Origin: Curvularia clavata
Taxonomy: Eukaryota
Reading direction: 5' to 3'
Assembly (NCBI GenBank): GCA_023920165.1
Contig: CP089281.1
Coordinates: 558,001-622,000 of the forward strand
Length of the DNA: 64,000 nucleotides
The notes under the pieces were generated by a model that saw nothing but the letters and a program-made list of their open reading frames with translations, did no database searches and was not told the origin of the DNA. Within the stretch, counting starts at the first letter, position 1, and every line of letters starts with the position of its first letter. Below are positions 13,284-26,729 of this stretch, piece after piece. Made by a program: the position numbers and the translations under genes.

Positions 13284-15256
13284 ATGGCAAACGCGTATGT
13301 ACAGTCCAATTTCACACTACAACCCTTGTGCTTGCGGCCGACTTGACGGGCGCAATTTCATACATGTCTGCGCAACACGATACAATCGCTCCACGGCGAA
13401 GGGGGGAAAAGGCAGTGGGCTTGGCCTCATGCTAAGCTCTTGGTGCACCCTTTTGTATTCTGCGAGGGACAATGCACCCAGCTACATGTCTTCGGACTTG
13501 AAGCTATTCGGGAACTGCAGCTCGTCATGAGCATGTCGCGACTACGCTGCCCTTTGAGCATTTGCTAACTAACACCGACTTCAGTCTAGACCACCTCAAC
13601 GCCGGCAGGACCAGGATTGAGTGGCTCAGCCAGCTCAACACTGAGTACACCCCTGCCAAGCAGTACCGGAGAACCTCCATCATCTGCACCATTGGCCCCA
13701 AGACCAACTCTGCCGAGAAGATCAACGCTCTCCGCAAAGTTGGCCTCAATGTCGTCCGCATGAACTTCTCCCACGGCTCGTACGAGTACCACCAGTCCGT
13801 CATTGACAACGCGCGCGAGGCCGAGAAGACACAGCCCGGCAGGCCGCTTGCCATTGCCCTCGACACTAAGGGCCCCGAGATCCGAACGGGTAACACCGCT
13901 GGCGACGTTGATATCCCCATCAAGGCTGGCACTGTCATAAACATCACTACTGATGAAAAGTACGCTACCGCGTGCGACGACAAGAACATGTACGTCGACT
14001 ACAAGAACATTACCAAGGTCATTGAGCCTGGCCGCACAATCTACGTCGACGACGGTGTCCTCTCGTTCGAGGTCCTCGAGATTGTAGATGACAAGACACT
14101 CAAGTGCAAGTGCGTCAACAACGGCAAGATCTCGTCAAGGAAGGGTGTCAACCTGCCCAAGACCGACATTGACCTTCCTCCGCTCTCGGAGAAGGACAAG
14201 GCCGATCTCAAGTTTGGTGTCAAGAACAAGGTCGACATGGTCTTTGCATCCTTCATCCGCCGCGGTAGCGACATCACTGCCATCCGTGAGGTGCTCGGCG
14301 AGGAGGGCAAGGACATTCAAATCATTGCCAAGGTCGAGAACCAGCAAGGTGTCAACAACTTTGACGAGATTCTGCGCGAGACCGACGGTGTCATGGTCGC
14401 TCGTGGTGACCTTGGTATCGAGATTCCACCCAGCCAGGTCTTCATTGCACAGAAGATGATGATCACCAAGTGCAACATTGCCGGCAAGCCCGTCATCTGC
14501 GCCACGCAGATGCTCGAGTCTATGACTTACAACCCACGCCCAACCCGTGCCGAAGTCAGCGACGTTGGTAACGCGGTCCTCGACGGTGCTGACTGTGTCA
14601 TGTTGTCTGGCGAGACAGCAAAGGGTGACTACCCTGTCGAGGCTGTCACCATGATGCACGAGACGTGCTTGCTCGCCGAGGTCGCTATTCCCTATGTCAA
14701 TGCATTCGATGAGCTGCGAAAGCTTGCTCCCGTACCATGCCCAACGACCGAGACGTGTGCCATGGCAGCTGTCAGCGCTAGTCTTGAGCAGAATGCCGGA
14801 GCCATCCTGGTCCTGACAACAAGGTAAGAGGATCGATAGGCCTGTATAGCCGTATATTCTAACGTGTTGATAGTGGTACCACTGCCCGTCTCATCTCCAA
14901 GTACAGGCCTGTGTGCCCCATCATTATGGTTACCCGTAACGAGATGGCGGCAAGGGTGAGTTTTCTCCGAATACGAGAATGACGTCTGTCGCTAACGAGA
15001 GCAGTATTCACACCTATACCGCGGCGTATACCCATTCTATTTCCCCGAAGCAAAGCCAGATTTCAAGACGGAGCCATGGCAGGAGGATGTCGACCGCCGA
15101 CTCAAGTGGGGTATCATGAACGCCATCAAGCTCGGTGTGCTTAGCAAGGGTGATCCAGTCATCTGCGTGCAGGGCTGGAGAGGAGGCATGGGACACACCA
15201 ACACGCTCCGTATTGTCCCGGCACAAGAAGACCTTGGCCTCGACCAAGACGCGTAA
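13284..15256 (+). CDS. pki1: Pyruvate kinase
   Basis: [38 protein letters not shown] and ATQMLESM motifs. Introns 13295-13584, 14824-14873 and 14956-15004. Confidence 0.97.
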
Positions 15257-15630
15257 AAGGTACCGTGGGAGCGGAAACATTCTATTTACGATAGAGGGGG
15301 GTGCGTGCAGGTGGGGAGAGAATGCTGCACAAGACGCATATACATGACTCGTTTGGCCAAATGACGGTCTGGCGCATGAACCGCAAGATTTGGTGTAGAC
15401 ACTAGCGGAATGCTCAATCTCTGAATGATCCTACTTTCTCGTCTACATTGTGCCCAGTGATGACTGCGAGTGCTAAGAACACAACAAAGGCTAGAGTGAC
15501 ATGCGCGTCAACGGCTTTGAGCCGCCGCATGGCAAGGGTCACTTGGGCTGCTGGGACCGTGCGCCTCCAACACTAGCCTCCTGTACACAATGGTGAGTAC
15601 TGACCGACGCACAACCCTACCACATCCACC

Positions 15631-16947
15631 ATGGATATATCTGCGCTAGTGAATCATGATGGAGACGCAACGGTGCTACCGCGCCGTTCGCTCTCCATTC
15701 CTCACTCCGCCACCGCATCCTCGCCCGTCCCCGTCACTGCAAGCCTACCGACGCCGCCGCCTAAAGCCAAACACAAGCAGATGTCACTCAAGCGCAAGCG
15801 CCACGACCCAAAGCCAATATGGGCATATCGCGAAGGCGAGGAGCTTCCGCCCGAACTGAAGCAGCTCGAAGAGCAACAGCGCCAACAGTCGCGTCCGCCG
15901 CCGTCTGTCGCTCAACCCCAGCCGCACGCGCAACCTCCACCCCAGGCTTCCCGGCCTCAACCGTCGCCTATGGGAGAGCGAAACGGAAACGCATCAGCAG
16001 AAAAAGGTGCTCCGCCTCCAGCGGCGGGGATGCGTGAACTTTCAGGCTTCGAAAGGCCCATCTCCAACGATGCACACATCTTCGATGACGTGTCGCGCAA
16101 CGTATGCGACTTCATATGGAACATGGCCGTCAACAATGAAGCTGTGCGGAACGCGATAGCGGATCCAAAAGTGCAGCTGGAGGTCGAAGCGCGATGGGGC
16201 CAGATCATAGACAAGCAGACGGACCAGCGATTACGTGGGTTTTGGCGCACAGAAACCGTCTTGAATACCGACGTCTTGGAAGTCAAGTTTGAAAGCACCA
16301 TGACGGCGCAGCAACACAAGCGCATGAACATGTTTCTCAACGCCCAGGTTCAGCAATCGAAAGCTCCTGGAGCCCCGCGTCCGCCGATCGATTACCGACA
16401 CACGTACGAAACTGACATGTTCTACGAGTTGGACCAGCAAGGCTTCAGTTCATTGAACCCCATCGTCCAACGCCTAATAAGCGCAGCGGGTGGCCGACAG
16501 CGCGTTCGTGTGACCCGCGACAAGAACACAGGCGAGTTCCTACGGGCAATCATAAAGCATCGGTTAGGCAATCTCGAGGTCAGTTCTCCAAAGACGGAGT
16601 GGGACTACCGCATCGGTATCAACTTGGAAATCGACTTCCCAGGGCCTATCGAAAGTCTCAAACCGGCCCTTGAGGGTGGAAAGACTGCCGAGGGCATGCA
16701 GCGACAAAAGGACCGCATGTCATATTCGTGGCTCGGCGCTTATCAGGTTGATCTGACGCAGGTTTCGCAAGGATCCAGCAAGAATCACGAACTAGAGCTG
16801 GAGCTCGACTCTGGCGTACTAATAGCAGAGGCGGACAAAGTGAGACGCAAGGAGCCTACCAAGTTCGAAAGCTTGATCAACGGGATGATGAATAATCTGC
16901 GAGTGTTGTCGCGTGAGATCACAGCTCCTACCGGTGGTGCACAGTAG
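15631..16947 (+). CDS. CET1: mRNA capping enzyme beta subunit (RNA 5'-triphosphatase, CYTH/TTM fold)
   Basis: Motif A (LEVEAR), RVRVTRD, DYRIGINLE, RQKDRMSY, VDLTQV and motif C (HELELELD); PIWA motif near the N-terminus. Confidence 0.92.
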   Translation: MDISALVNHDGDATVLPRRSLSIPHSATASSPVPVTASLPTPPPKAKHKQMSLKRKRHDPKPIWAYREGEELPPELKQLEEQQRQQSRPPPSVAQPQPHAQPPPQASRPQPSPMGERNGNASAEKGAPPPAAGMRELSGFERPISNDAHIFDDVSRNVCDFIWNMAVNNEAVRNAIADPKVQLEVEARWGQIIDKQTDQRLRGFWRTETVLNTDVLEVKFESTMTAQQHKRMNMFLNAQVQQSKAPGAPRPPIDYRHTYETDMFYELDQQGFSSLNPIVQRLISAAGGRQRVRVTRDKNTGEFLRAIIKHRLGNLEVSSPKTEWDYRIGINLEIDFPGPIESLKPALEGGKTAEGMQRQKDRMSYSWLGAYQVDLTQVSQGSSKNHELELELDSGVLIAEADKVRRKEPTKFESLINGMMNNLRVLSREITAPTGGAQ

Positions 16948-17663
16948 GGCTGGAGAGGAGGAGTCTGGGGCTGTAATACTATGAATGTTTCTATATGGCG
17001 TTTTGGAAAGATCGAAGGAGAAACATCAGATCCAGGATCAGCATCGTCAGGAGTTTGTGCTTTCAAAATACGATACCCGATTTTCACTATCTTGCATCAG
17101 AGTGCTTGCGTCTACACTGTTGCTTGATGTGTTTGACTATGAACTGGAGCATGCAAGCAGCATTTCGCCAGCTGTGCCAAGTTTGCCGTGCTTGCACATA
17201 CAGCATAGTCCCTGTAGACATTTAAACCCCCCTTTTTTTTCCAACTCGAATCCGCATGCCTCAAGTGAGGCGCACATACATGGCTGGAGCTTATCGTGGG
17301 AGTGATGTGCAGCTAGCGTATTATGTCATGTTGAAGTGGACCAGGGTCGCCGCTTCCGACACTCACGAGCTGTGTTTAGACCATCACGTACACGATTCCC
17401 GAACCCACCACTCCGGCGCCACGCCATCCCCATCAATCTCTCTCCAGCCTCACATCTTCGTCTCTCTTTCACTGCGACGGCCACACTAAAGTCCGAAGCA
17501 ACACGGCCCGACCGTATCCTCTGATCGTAGGCACGCCCGCAGGCGCCACTGCGTAGCTCCATAGCCTTCTACCCATTTCCGCAACAGCTCCCTCTCCCTT
17601 CAACACCGCGGACAAGCGTTCAACAATACCGACGCACGTATTGTCCCCACCAAACACAACGCA

Positions 17664-20600
17664 ATGGTCGGTCTCACATCTGCCGCCGGTGTCGTTGGCT
17701 TCCTCTCCGAGCCGGACCCAGCTCTGCGCTCGTTCGCCCTCCAACGGTTGAACGAGGAGATTGACTTGCTGTGGCCAGAAGTCGCGGGCTCCGTCAGCCA
17801 AATGTAAGACACTCAGATATACTGCCTCATACTGATGCTCAGTGAATCTCGTTATCGGACAGCTGCTAACGTGAATGCGTCATAGTGAAGCCCTCTACGA
17901 AGATGAGTCCTTTCCCGAGCGCGAGCTTGCGGCCCTGGTAGCGGCAAAGGTATACTACCAGCTGCAAGAATACAATGAGAGCATGGTCTTCGCGCTGGGT
18001 GCGGGCAAGCTCTTCGACATCCACAAAGCTGCTGAGTTCGAGGAAACAATACTAGGTAAGACATTCTAAGCCTGGGCTTGCTGCCTCGTCCCTGTTCTCT
18101 TCTCCCCAAGCCAAAGAATTGGGCTTTCCATTGTTCAGAGAACAGCTGCTGACTTGCTTTTTTTCTCTCAGCAAAATGCTTAGATACGTACATCGCGCTC
18201 TCAGTCATGCACAACCCCCCGACGCCGGTCAGCAAGGCGAGCCAGGCTCCCCCTCAGCTCAGCACATCGTTTTCTGGTAATGCTGCAGGTGGTGCCAGTA
18301 CTTCGGCCAGCTTGGCATCGCCGATAACACCGTTCTCGCAGTCTGCGCTACCGTCCAAGTCGCTTCTCTCCAGAGAGGACTCCTCTACATTTGATCCCAC
18401 TGTACCTGGAGGAGGCAATGCAGGTGTACCCGGAGCACACCCCACCCCTATGGTACTGCAGCGAAACGTGCAAAAGAATCTCCACAGCACTGTCCGACGG
18501 ATATTCGAGAGCTGCTACGAGAGTGGCAACTACAAGCAGGTTGTAGGAATCGCCACTGAAGCGCGAAATCTTGAGGTCTTGCGCGAAGCGATTGTCCGAG
18601 CGAGCCAGGATGGAAAGAAGCAAGGCAAGAAGCCTGCGCAACCGTCTGCGCAGAGTGAAGACTTGATGGAGTACGTTCTTGACATTTGCATGAACGTGGT
18701 ACAAGAGCGTGGCTTGAGGAATGAGATCCTTCGCCTGATTCTGGATCTACTCAACGATGACCAGATACCAAACCCTGATTACTTTTCAATCGCCAAGTGC
18801 GTCGTCTACCTTAACCAGCATGCCCTCGCCTCGAAACTCATTCGGCAGCTCATTGAGCGTGACGACGACAAGTCGCGCGCTATTGCATACCAAATTTCCT
18901 TTGATCTTTACGAGAACGGTACACAGGAGTTCTTGAGCAAGGTCATGGAAGAGCTCCCTGCTGAGAAGGAAGAGGACACCCAAAAGCCCCAATCAAACGA
19001 AGCTGGTGAATCGGACTCACTGCTCGCGAATGCCGACACGAGCAATGTCTCGCGTACCAAGGAGTCTGAGTCGACCGAGGAGCAGCTCAAGTCCTTCAAC
19101 TCTGTCCGACATATCCTTCGGGGAACAAAGAGCATCGAGCTCAACCTCGAGTTCTTGTACAGGAACAACCGCACAGACAAGGCGATACTGAATAAGATTC
19201 GCGACAGCTTGGAGGCTAGGAACTCCATCTTCCATTCCAGTGTCACCTTTGCAAACGCTTTCATGAACGCAGGTACCACTAACGACACATTCTTCAGAGA
19301 GAACCTGGAATGGCTAGGAAAGGCAGTCAACTGGTCAAAATTCTCAGCAACTGCTGCTCTGGGTGTCATTCACCGTGGCAACATCACTCAGGGACAGAAG
19401 CTCCTCGAGCCATACCTACCCAAGGACAGCGTTTCATCTGGCTCTCATTATGAGCAGGGTGGATCACTATACGCTCTGGGGTTGATCTACGCCAACCACG
19501 GAAGCAACGTCCTGGACCTGCTTCTGAAGCAATTCCAGAACGCTTCCGAGGAAGTTATCCAGCACGGTGGTGCTCTTGGTCTCGGTGTCGCCGGTATGGC
19601 CACTGGCTCCGAGGAGATATTCGATGCATTCAAGAACGTTTTGTACACTGACTCTGCTATCAATGGTGAGGCTGTCGGCCTCTCAATGGGTCTTGTAATG
19701 CTCGGCACAGGCAACATCAAAGCACTTGAAGATATGATCCAATATGCGCACGACACACAGCACGAGAAGATTGTTCGAGGTCTTGCCATGGGTATGGCAC
19801 TCATCATGTATGGCCGACAAGAGGCTGCTGATGAGCTCATCAATGGTCTCCTGGACGACCCCGACCCAACCCTACGCTATGGAGGTATCATGACAATTGC
19901 GTTGGCATACTGCGGTACGGGCAGCAACAAGGCTGTGCGAAGGCTGTTGCATGTTGCGGTCAGTGACGTGAGCGATGATGTACGACGAGTAGCGGTCATG
20001 AGCTTGGGCTTCATCCTTTTCCGAAAGCCGGGCAGCGTTCCTCGCATGGTCGAACTCCTTGCTGAGTCGTACAACCCTCATGTCCGGTACGGAGCCACGA
20101 TGGCTCTCGGTATTGCATGTGCTGGTACTGGGCTTCCTGAGGCTGTCGACCTGCTCGAGCCTATGATGAAGGACTCTACCGATTTCGTTCGCCAAGGTGC
20201 TTTGATTGCGCTGTCCATGATTATGGTACAGCAGAATGAGGCCATGAACCCCAAGGTGGCATCAGTCCGGAAGCAGTTGGCCAAGGTCATTGGCGACCGT
20301 CACGAAGACGCCATGGCCAAGTTCGGATGCGCTCTTGCCCTCGGTATCATCGACGCTGGAGGTCGCAATTGCACAATTGGCCTGCAGACGCCGACAGGCA
20401 ACCTCAATATGACTGCCATTGTCGGCATGGCCGTCTTCACTCAGTACTGGTACTGGTTCCCCCTGACGCATTTCCTGTCTCTTAGCTTTACGCCTACTGC
20501 CGTTATCGGCCTGGACCAGGAGCTTGAGATTCCATCGTTCAAGTTCCACAGCAACACGCGGCCGAGCATGTTTGACTACCCACCAGACGCGGAAGTCAAG

Positions 20601-21263
20601 ACAGAGGAAGCACCCGAAAAGATCAAGACAGCAGTCCTATCGACCACGGCTCAAGACAAGCGACGACGGATGGTCAAGGAGCGTCAAAAGCGAAGGGAGA
20701 GCATGGACGTCGACCATACTCCTTCGACACCAAAGCCATCCGGCGATGATGACAAGATGGACGTGGACGAGGATGCTAAGAAAGAAGAGGGTGACAAGGC
20801 CGAGGGAGGACAGGCTGTCGAGTCGTCGTCCAAGAAGAAGGCAGAAAAGGAGAAGGTTGGCTACGAGCTGGAGAACATGTCGCGTGTGCTGCCGCCACAA
20901 ATTAAGTACATTAGCTTCCCCAGCGAGCGATATGTACCAGTAAAGAAGGTGAGTGGCACGCAATTCGGTATTGAGCAAGAACGCAGGCTAACGCAACCCC
21001 AGCCAACTCTGGGTGTTATCCTTCTCACAGACACAAAGCCTTCAGAGCCGAAGACACTCCTCGAGCTCAAGGTAAAGAAGGCTGCACCAGCACCCGCCCC
21101 TGGGGCGTCGGGTTCCTCTGGCGAACAAGCACCAGAAGGCGTGTCGGTAACAACTGCTGCAGCGCCGGCCAACGACAACATGGTATACGAGGGCGATGCA
21201 GAGGCGCCGACTCCGAACGAGTTCATCTACGAGTCGGACACCAACCCGGATGATGACGAGTAG
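17664..21263 (+). CDS. RPN2: 26S proteasome regulatory subunit Rpn2
   Basis: MVGLTSAAG start, NWSKFSATAALGVIH, PC repeats and YNPHVRYG. Introns 17804-17885, 18056-18171 and 20949-21002 (in frame). Confidence 0.96.
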
Positions 21264-22846
21264 GCGAGTACCGCGGGGATAGCCGGTAGCGTGTTTTCTA
21301 GAAGATGCGTTTATTGGACTGGTGCATGGCAGCGGAGAAGGGCAGCGTTTGCATTCATGACAGGTTATAGGGAGGCTTGTAGAGTCACCTTTCCCCATTG
21401 CCTCGTTCTTTAGACTACGGACGCATGTATAATAGCCACAAGGTTGTTCTGTTTATCTTGGACAGTTTACGTTTGACATGTCGTGTGCTCATAGTGACTG
21501 GTACCGTCTTCGCTGACGGGAGTGGCGGGCTTCTAGAATTGACCCGGGATCCTGGATAGTGAATTTAGACGCAGAGTGCACATGGTCACACGGCGCGTAG
21601 ATCTTCAACATCTTGTCATCAATGATGGTGGGGCACTAATATATGTATATTTGGACCGTAGACATGGTGGCGAGCATGTACCCATGAAACACGCGATTGG
21701 GTGCGTATCAAGTATAGCCGGTTTCAATAAGGTCCTAGATGCAAGCTCTTTACTTGTCAATGCACAGGATGTACAAAGTAAGCTCGTGTCTCGCAAAGCT
21801 TCTGTGCAGTAAAGCACTGCTCTCTATCCACGCCCGTTGAGGCCGGGCTGGTATTCCCCGGATTTTTCGGACCGCTAGCTCGGGTTCCAAAGGCGGAAAT
21901 GGCTAGTCGCATGTATGCTCGGGATGTTAGAAACACCATCTTGCATCTGCACACAGGCCACCCTCGTCGTTATAAACCTTGCCCACCAGAGCATTACGCA
22001 ATACTTCGCCAGTCAAAGTGCTGCTCTCCGCTCGCGCCTTACATGGCACTATCTCGGGATCCTCGAGAGGGCTCGCAATAGCGCGCCGGTTCCCGTATCG
22101 CCACATCACTAAGGACAGGGTTGTGCGAGACGAAGGATTGCGGCGTGGAACGCCAGGCGGCCCTGGATCACATCGTGTCTTCGTATCTTTCTGCGCAGCC
22201 GAGCGTCTCAGTCTCTAACAACCGGTACGGGTAGAGGTCTGCTTGCCAGCATAGACCTGCCACCAACACACGAGGTCCTGCCTCCACCAACAACCCGCCA
22301 TGTACGCAGTCAGATGCAGGCAAAGCATCAGCTAACAGGCGCCGTTCAGCGGCAGGTTGAGTACTTGTCCATTCAACCATGCCTCTCCGTCTAATCTCGG
22401 ATCTCTATACACCAATCGTTCTTCTTAGCCTACATGTAAGCGAGGCCGTAAATGTGCAAATACCCGGTCATCATGCGCCCGGCAGAACGCATCCGCCGCG
22501 GAATCCCCTTGCACTGTGCGACCAAGCTACCAGTCTGCAGTTTAGGATCTGGCATGTCTCAGTGGTGGTTTGCCTGCTGCCGAGAACATATCAACCGCAT
22601 GGGTCGCGTGGAGGGCTTGATTAAATTAAATTGTCCTCCGCCTGGCGCTGCTCCACTTCGCATACCCTGCAAGCTACTCCGCGTTCCTGCTTTTATGTGT
22701 GTTGGTGGTTGTTAGATGTGCGGGTGATGCTGTCCAGCTCCTCGGGCGCGAAGACGGCTTCGTTGTTACACTCCTTTGTCGACGCTTGCTGTGTTGCTTC
22801 GACAAAATATCTTTCTTTCGTTTCCTGGTGGTGAACTGAGGGCAAG

Positions 22847-24909
22847 ATGGATCATACGCACAAGAGGGATGTGCACACCTCGCACACGGAGCGGAGTAGT
22901 AGTACCATGGAGATCCGCCAGGTTCAGAATGTTGCCTTTGCCGATGCAACGGCAAAGGCCAACGTCAGACCTTGGACAAAGTCCATGTTCAAGGTTGGCT
23001 CTACGAATGCTCTTTCCATGCATGGCACTTACGACGAAACAGCTGTACTTCTGCCTCTTTATTGCCACGCTCAACTCATGCATCAACGGATACGATGGAT
23101 CACTCATGGGCGCCATCAACTCTTACCATCAATACCGCTCATATTTTGGCTTTGACATTGACGAGGGTACACCAACAACTGGAATCGTCTACGCAATCTA
23201 CACCATAGGCAACTTGGTCGGATCGTTTGTAGCCGGCCCAGCTACAGATTTCTGGGGAAGGAAATGGGGAATGTTCATTGGAACCTCAATCATCATCATC
23301 GGCGCCTGTATCCAAGCTACATGTGTAAACCTCGGCGGCTTCATGGGTGGACGTTTTATCCTTGGTTTCGGTGTTGCTATCACATCGACCGCAGGCCCGG
23401 CTTATGTTTCTGAGATGGCACACCCTTCCTACCGGGGTGTTTGCACTGGCATCTTCAACACATTCTGGTATGTTGGCGGAATCCCTGGATCCTTTGTGCC
23501 ATACGGAACGAGCAACATACCTGGCACCCAATCCTGGCGAATCCCAGTATGGCTTCAACTAATCTTCGCGGGCATCGTGTTCTGCTGTTCACCATTCTTG
23601 CCTGAAACACCCCGATGGCTCATCGCTAATGACCGGCACGAAGAGGCGCTTAATACTATGGCACGCTTACATGGCGAAGGCGACCGTGATTCGCCTATCG
23701 TCAAACTTGAATACAAGGAGATGGTTGAAGATATCAGTGTCACAGGTTCCGACAAGCGCTGGTGGGACTACCGTGAGCTGTTCAACTCCCGCGAAGCCCG
23801 CTACAGAACTATGCTTGTACTCGCAATGGCCTTCTTTGGTCAATGGTCAGGAAACGGACCAGTCAGCTACTACTATCCGACAATGCTTCAGGGTGCCGGT
23901 ATCAACGACAATCACACACGCCTCCTCTACAACGGCATGCAAAACATTGTTTCTTTCAGTGGTGCCATCTTGGGTGCCATATACACCGATTCTTGGGGCC
24001 GCCGCCCTCAATTGCTTGTCTCTACAGCACTGCTCGTCTTCGTTTTTGCCATTGTATGCGCACTTGTGGCTACCAACTTGAAGACAGGACCCGACGGCCA
24101 ACCCATCTATCTGGGCAACAATCGAACACCTGAGATCAAGAGACCGGGTCAAGCCAAGGCTGTCATTGCCTTTGTCTTCATTTGCGGCTTCATTTACAGT
24201 GTAGGGTACACTCCGTTGCAGCAGCTCTATCCCGTCGAGTGTTTGCGGTACGAATCCCGAGCTAAAGGCATGGCTTTTTATAACTTCTGGGTCAACATTG
24301 CCAATTTCTACAATACTTTTGTTACCGGAATCGCCTTTTCCGGTGCAGGTTGGAAGGTATGTTGTCTTTTAACTGAAAAAACTATTCATGTTACTATTGT
24401 ATCCTTATACTCACATGAACGAACAGTACTATCTCCTCTTCATCTTCTGGGACATTTTCGAATTCATCTTCATCTACTTCTTCTTTGTCGAAACCAGGCG
24501 CCGCACCCTCGAGGAAATCAGCGACATCTTCAACGCGAAGAAGCCCGTCAAGCACTCGCTCAACAAGACAAGCATCATGGTGCATGGAAACGGCAGGGGC
24601 GTCACCGAGATGCTGGACAAGGAGGAGAGAGTCATTGAGCGGGATTTCGCAACCGCAATGTATGGCCGTAGAAGATCGAGTCAGTATGGTGCTGCGAGTA
24701 TACGAGATAGCGGGGCAAGTCAGGGCGAGCTTATTATTAGAGATGAGTTGAGAGAGAAGGTCATGGATGCAGGGAGGGGCAGTGCGGAAAGCGATATGGC
24801 GAGGGAAGAGGCGAGGTACGCAGGGGGTGGGTATGCAGGCAACGCGTGGCGGGAAGAGCGGGAGCCGTGGTATGCCACGTCGCCTGTGTCGTCGCCGCGA
24901 AGTCCATGA
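22847..24909 (+). CDS. Sugar porter family MFS transporter (lactose permease / cellodextrin transporter-like)
   Basis: NGYDGSLM, DFWGRK, YVSEMAHP, PETPRWL, QWSGNG and FVETRRRTLEEI motifs. Introns 22994-23042 and 24357-24426. Confidence 0.92.
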
Positions 24910-25291
24910 CATGTTTTTGTGATGAATTTTCTTTGTTTGTGTTTTCTGCGAGGAGATGCTGGTTGGCTGGATCACGGCGATTTACATGCTTTTTTTTCGA
25001 GCATGTTGCATATACCCTTGGTTTTTTTGGTATTTGTGTATTACTTACGTCTTCAGTATATATATTTATGACATTGAATGCTTATTTTATACCATTATGA
25101 GGAGCGAGAAAAAAGAAGACTCTGAAAGAAAAGTGTCCACTATTGACTAATCTACTCCCCTCTTACATTGCATTTATGTCGAAGATGCGAAATAAAATGC
25201 CACAAATGCATACCATTCTATAGAACAAGACTCTATAAAAATGAATTTCCTTCTATCCAACAACAGTACATGGGGTATCAACATCTATCTC

Positions 25292-26326
25292 TCAATCCAT
25301 ATCCTCTAGATCCATCGTGCTCGCCACCTGCTCCTCACTAACCATAATACCCACCATACATTCGCCCAGCATATTTTCCCAATTCACCCAAGGATGCACT
25401 TCCATGAATAACTTTGTGCCGTCTTTTCCCGCAGCTCGCCTTAGCTCACCCTCTCCGCCTGGATGGAAAGGCAGATAGGGTGATATGTTGTATACTTTTC
25501 CCTGGTAGCTCGACCACGCGGGTTTGCCTTTACGTCCGTTTTTCTCCTTCAACATGGCGGGCGTGACGCGCAGCATGGAATCAACGCCAGAGAGGTTTTT
25601 GCCTGATTTTTGGAGGTGGGCCCAGTCGAGAGGTGAGTGGCCTGGGGATAGGAGCACTTTACCGCGGGCGTTGGGCGTCTTGACGGCGGGGGAGGACGAG
25701 GGTGGGACGGCCAGACCACTGTTTGAGGTGGGCGGGCCTCGATTGGGAAGCGGTCCGCGGTTCGGAAGAGGGCCGGTGGTGGGAACGCGCATGGACTGTG
25801 AGGATGTGGAACTGGGGAGGGGACGCAGACTCGATGCTGCGACTTGTGGTGGTGGCATGAGAGACGTGGTGGGTCTGGGAGGCGGCGCCATGAGCGTTGG
25901 CTTGCTGGGTGGAGCCATGGTAGATGGAGAGGTCACTTGTGAGGCTCTTTGGGCGGAGTTCATCGCTGGGAAAGATGGAGGCGGTAAATTGTCTTCTTCA
26001 TCTTCGTCTCCGTCCGAACTGTCGTGCTCGTCGAGGGTGAAGGACGGTACTGGAGGAGCATTTTCGTTTCGTCTCGGCATAGCCTTAGGAGTAGACTCGG
26101 GCGACAAGCTTTTGTCAATCTTGTTGACTGTTTCATGATTGCTGGGAGACTTGTGCTCCTCTCTAGTCGCGGTGGGGTCTTCTCTCTTGCCATCCTGTGA
26201 CTTGTCGGGTATCGCATTCGCTCCTGACCGGGTGAGGCGAGTGATGAAGGCAAGCCATGTCGAGGGTGGGCGCTGGTAGACCAGGAAAGAGAGCGATAGG
26301 GCAAAGATGGAGAGGGCAACTAGCAT
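25292..26326 (-). CDS. Cytochrome b5-like heme/steroid-binding protein (Irc21-like)
   Basis: C-terminal KVLLSPGHSPLDW, GKVYNISPYLPFHPGG, GKDGT and HPWVN; N-terminal hydrophobic anchor and Pro-rich linker. Confidence 0.88.
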   Translation of the reverse strand: MLVALSIFALSLSFLVYQRPPSTWLAFITRLTRSGANAIPDKSQDGKREDPTATREEHKSPSNHETVNKIDKSLSPESTPKAMPRRNENAPPVPSFTLDEHDSSDGDEDEEDNLPPPSFPAMNSAQRASQVTSPSTMAPPSKPTLMAPPPRPTTSLMPPPQVAASSLRPLPSSTSSQSMRVPTTGPLPNRGPLPNRGPPTSNSGLAVPPSSSPAVKTPNARGKVLLSPGHSPLDWAHLQKSGKNLSGVDSMLRVTPAMLKEKNGRKGKPAWSSYQGKVYNISPYLPFHPGGEGELRRAAGKDGTKLFMEVHPWVNWENMLGECMVGIMVSEEQVASTMDLEDMD

Positions 26327-26729
26327 GTCTTGGGACGTAAACGAGCGAAGGGCGGCTGGACCCTGGGGGATTGTGAAAGAACGAACGGAGGCCAGCGCCG
26401 GGGCTTCATCCGCGGCTCAGGGTTTGTAGGGCTGAACAAGATGGCGCTAACTGCCGATGACTTCACGCGCCGCATGACGACAGGAACCGGAACAACCCAT
26501 GTCAGAGTGAGCGCGTGTATACTTTTTTTTTTGTGGGCACTGCGAAGGCGCTTGTATTGGAATATTCCATATTTTACTCTCTCGCTCTCTTGCTCCCACG
26601 GTTATATATTCGCAGATTCCAGACCCACCCAACGCGCTACAATACAAGTGCGCGACTACCCCACCACCCCTCCGTTGACTGTCTTCGGAAGCTGCGACTC
26701 ACCCTGAGGCTCTACTCTGGCGTAACACA

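Noticed and set aside
15254..15364. Stop read-through giving a peroxisomal pyruvate kinase
   Set aside because: The stop is TAA without a TGA-CTA context, and the extension ends in LAK, not a PTS1.
15590..15649. ATG-GTGAGT upstream of CET1 as a hidden first exon
   Set aside because: No acceptor restores the frame; at most it is an out-of-frame overlapping uORF, if transcribed.
20949..21002. Apparent 18-aa insertions in Rpn2 (here) and in the lipase (1188-1241)
   Set aside because: Both are ordinary 54-nt stop-free introns with canonical splice signals.
22776..22993. N-terminus of the 620-aa ORF in the track
   Set aside because: Wrong frame before the intron at 22994-23042. The real first exon most likely starts at 22847 (MDHTH...WTKSMFK).
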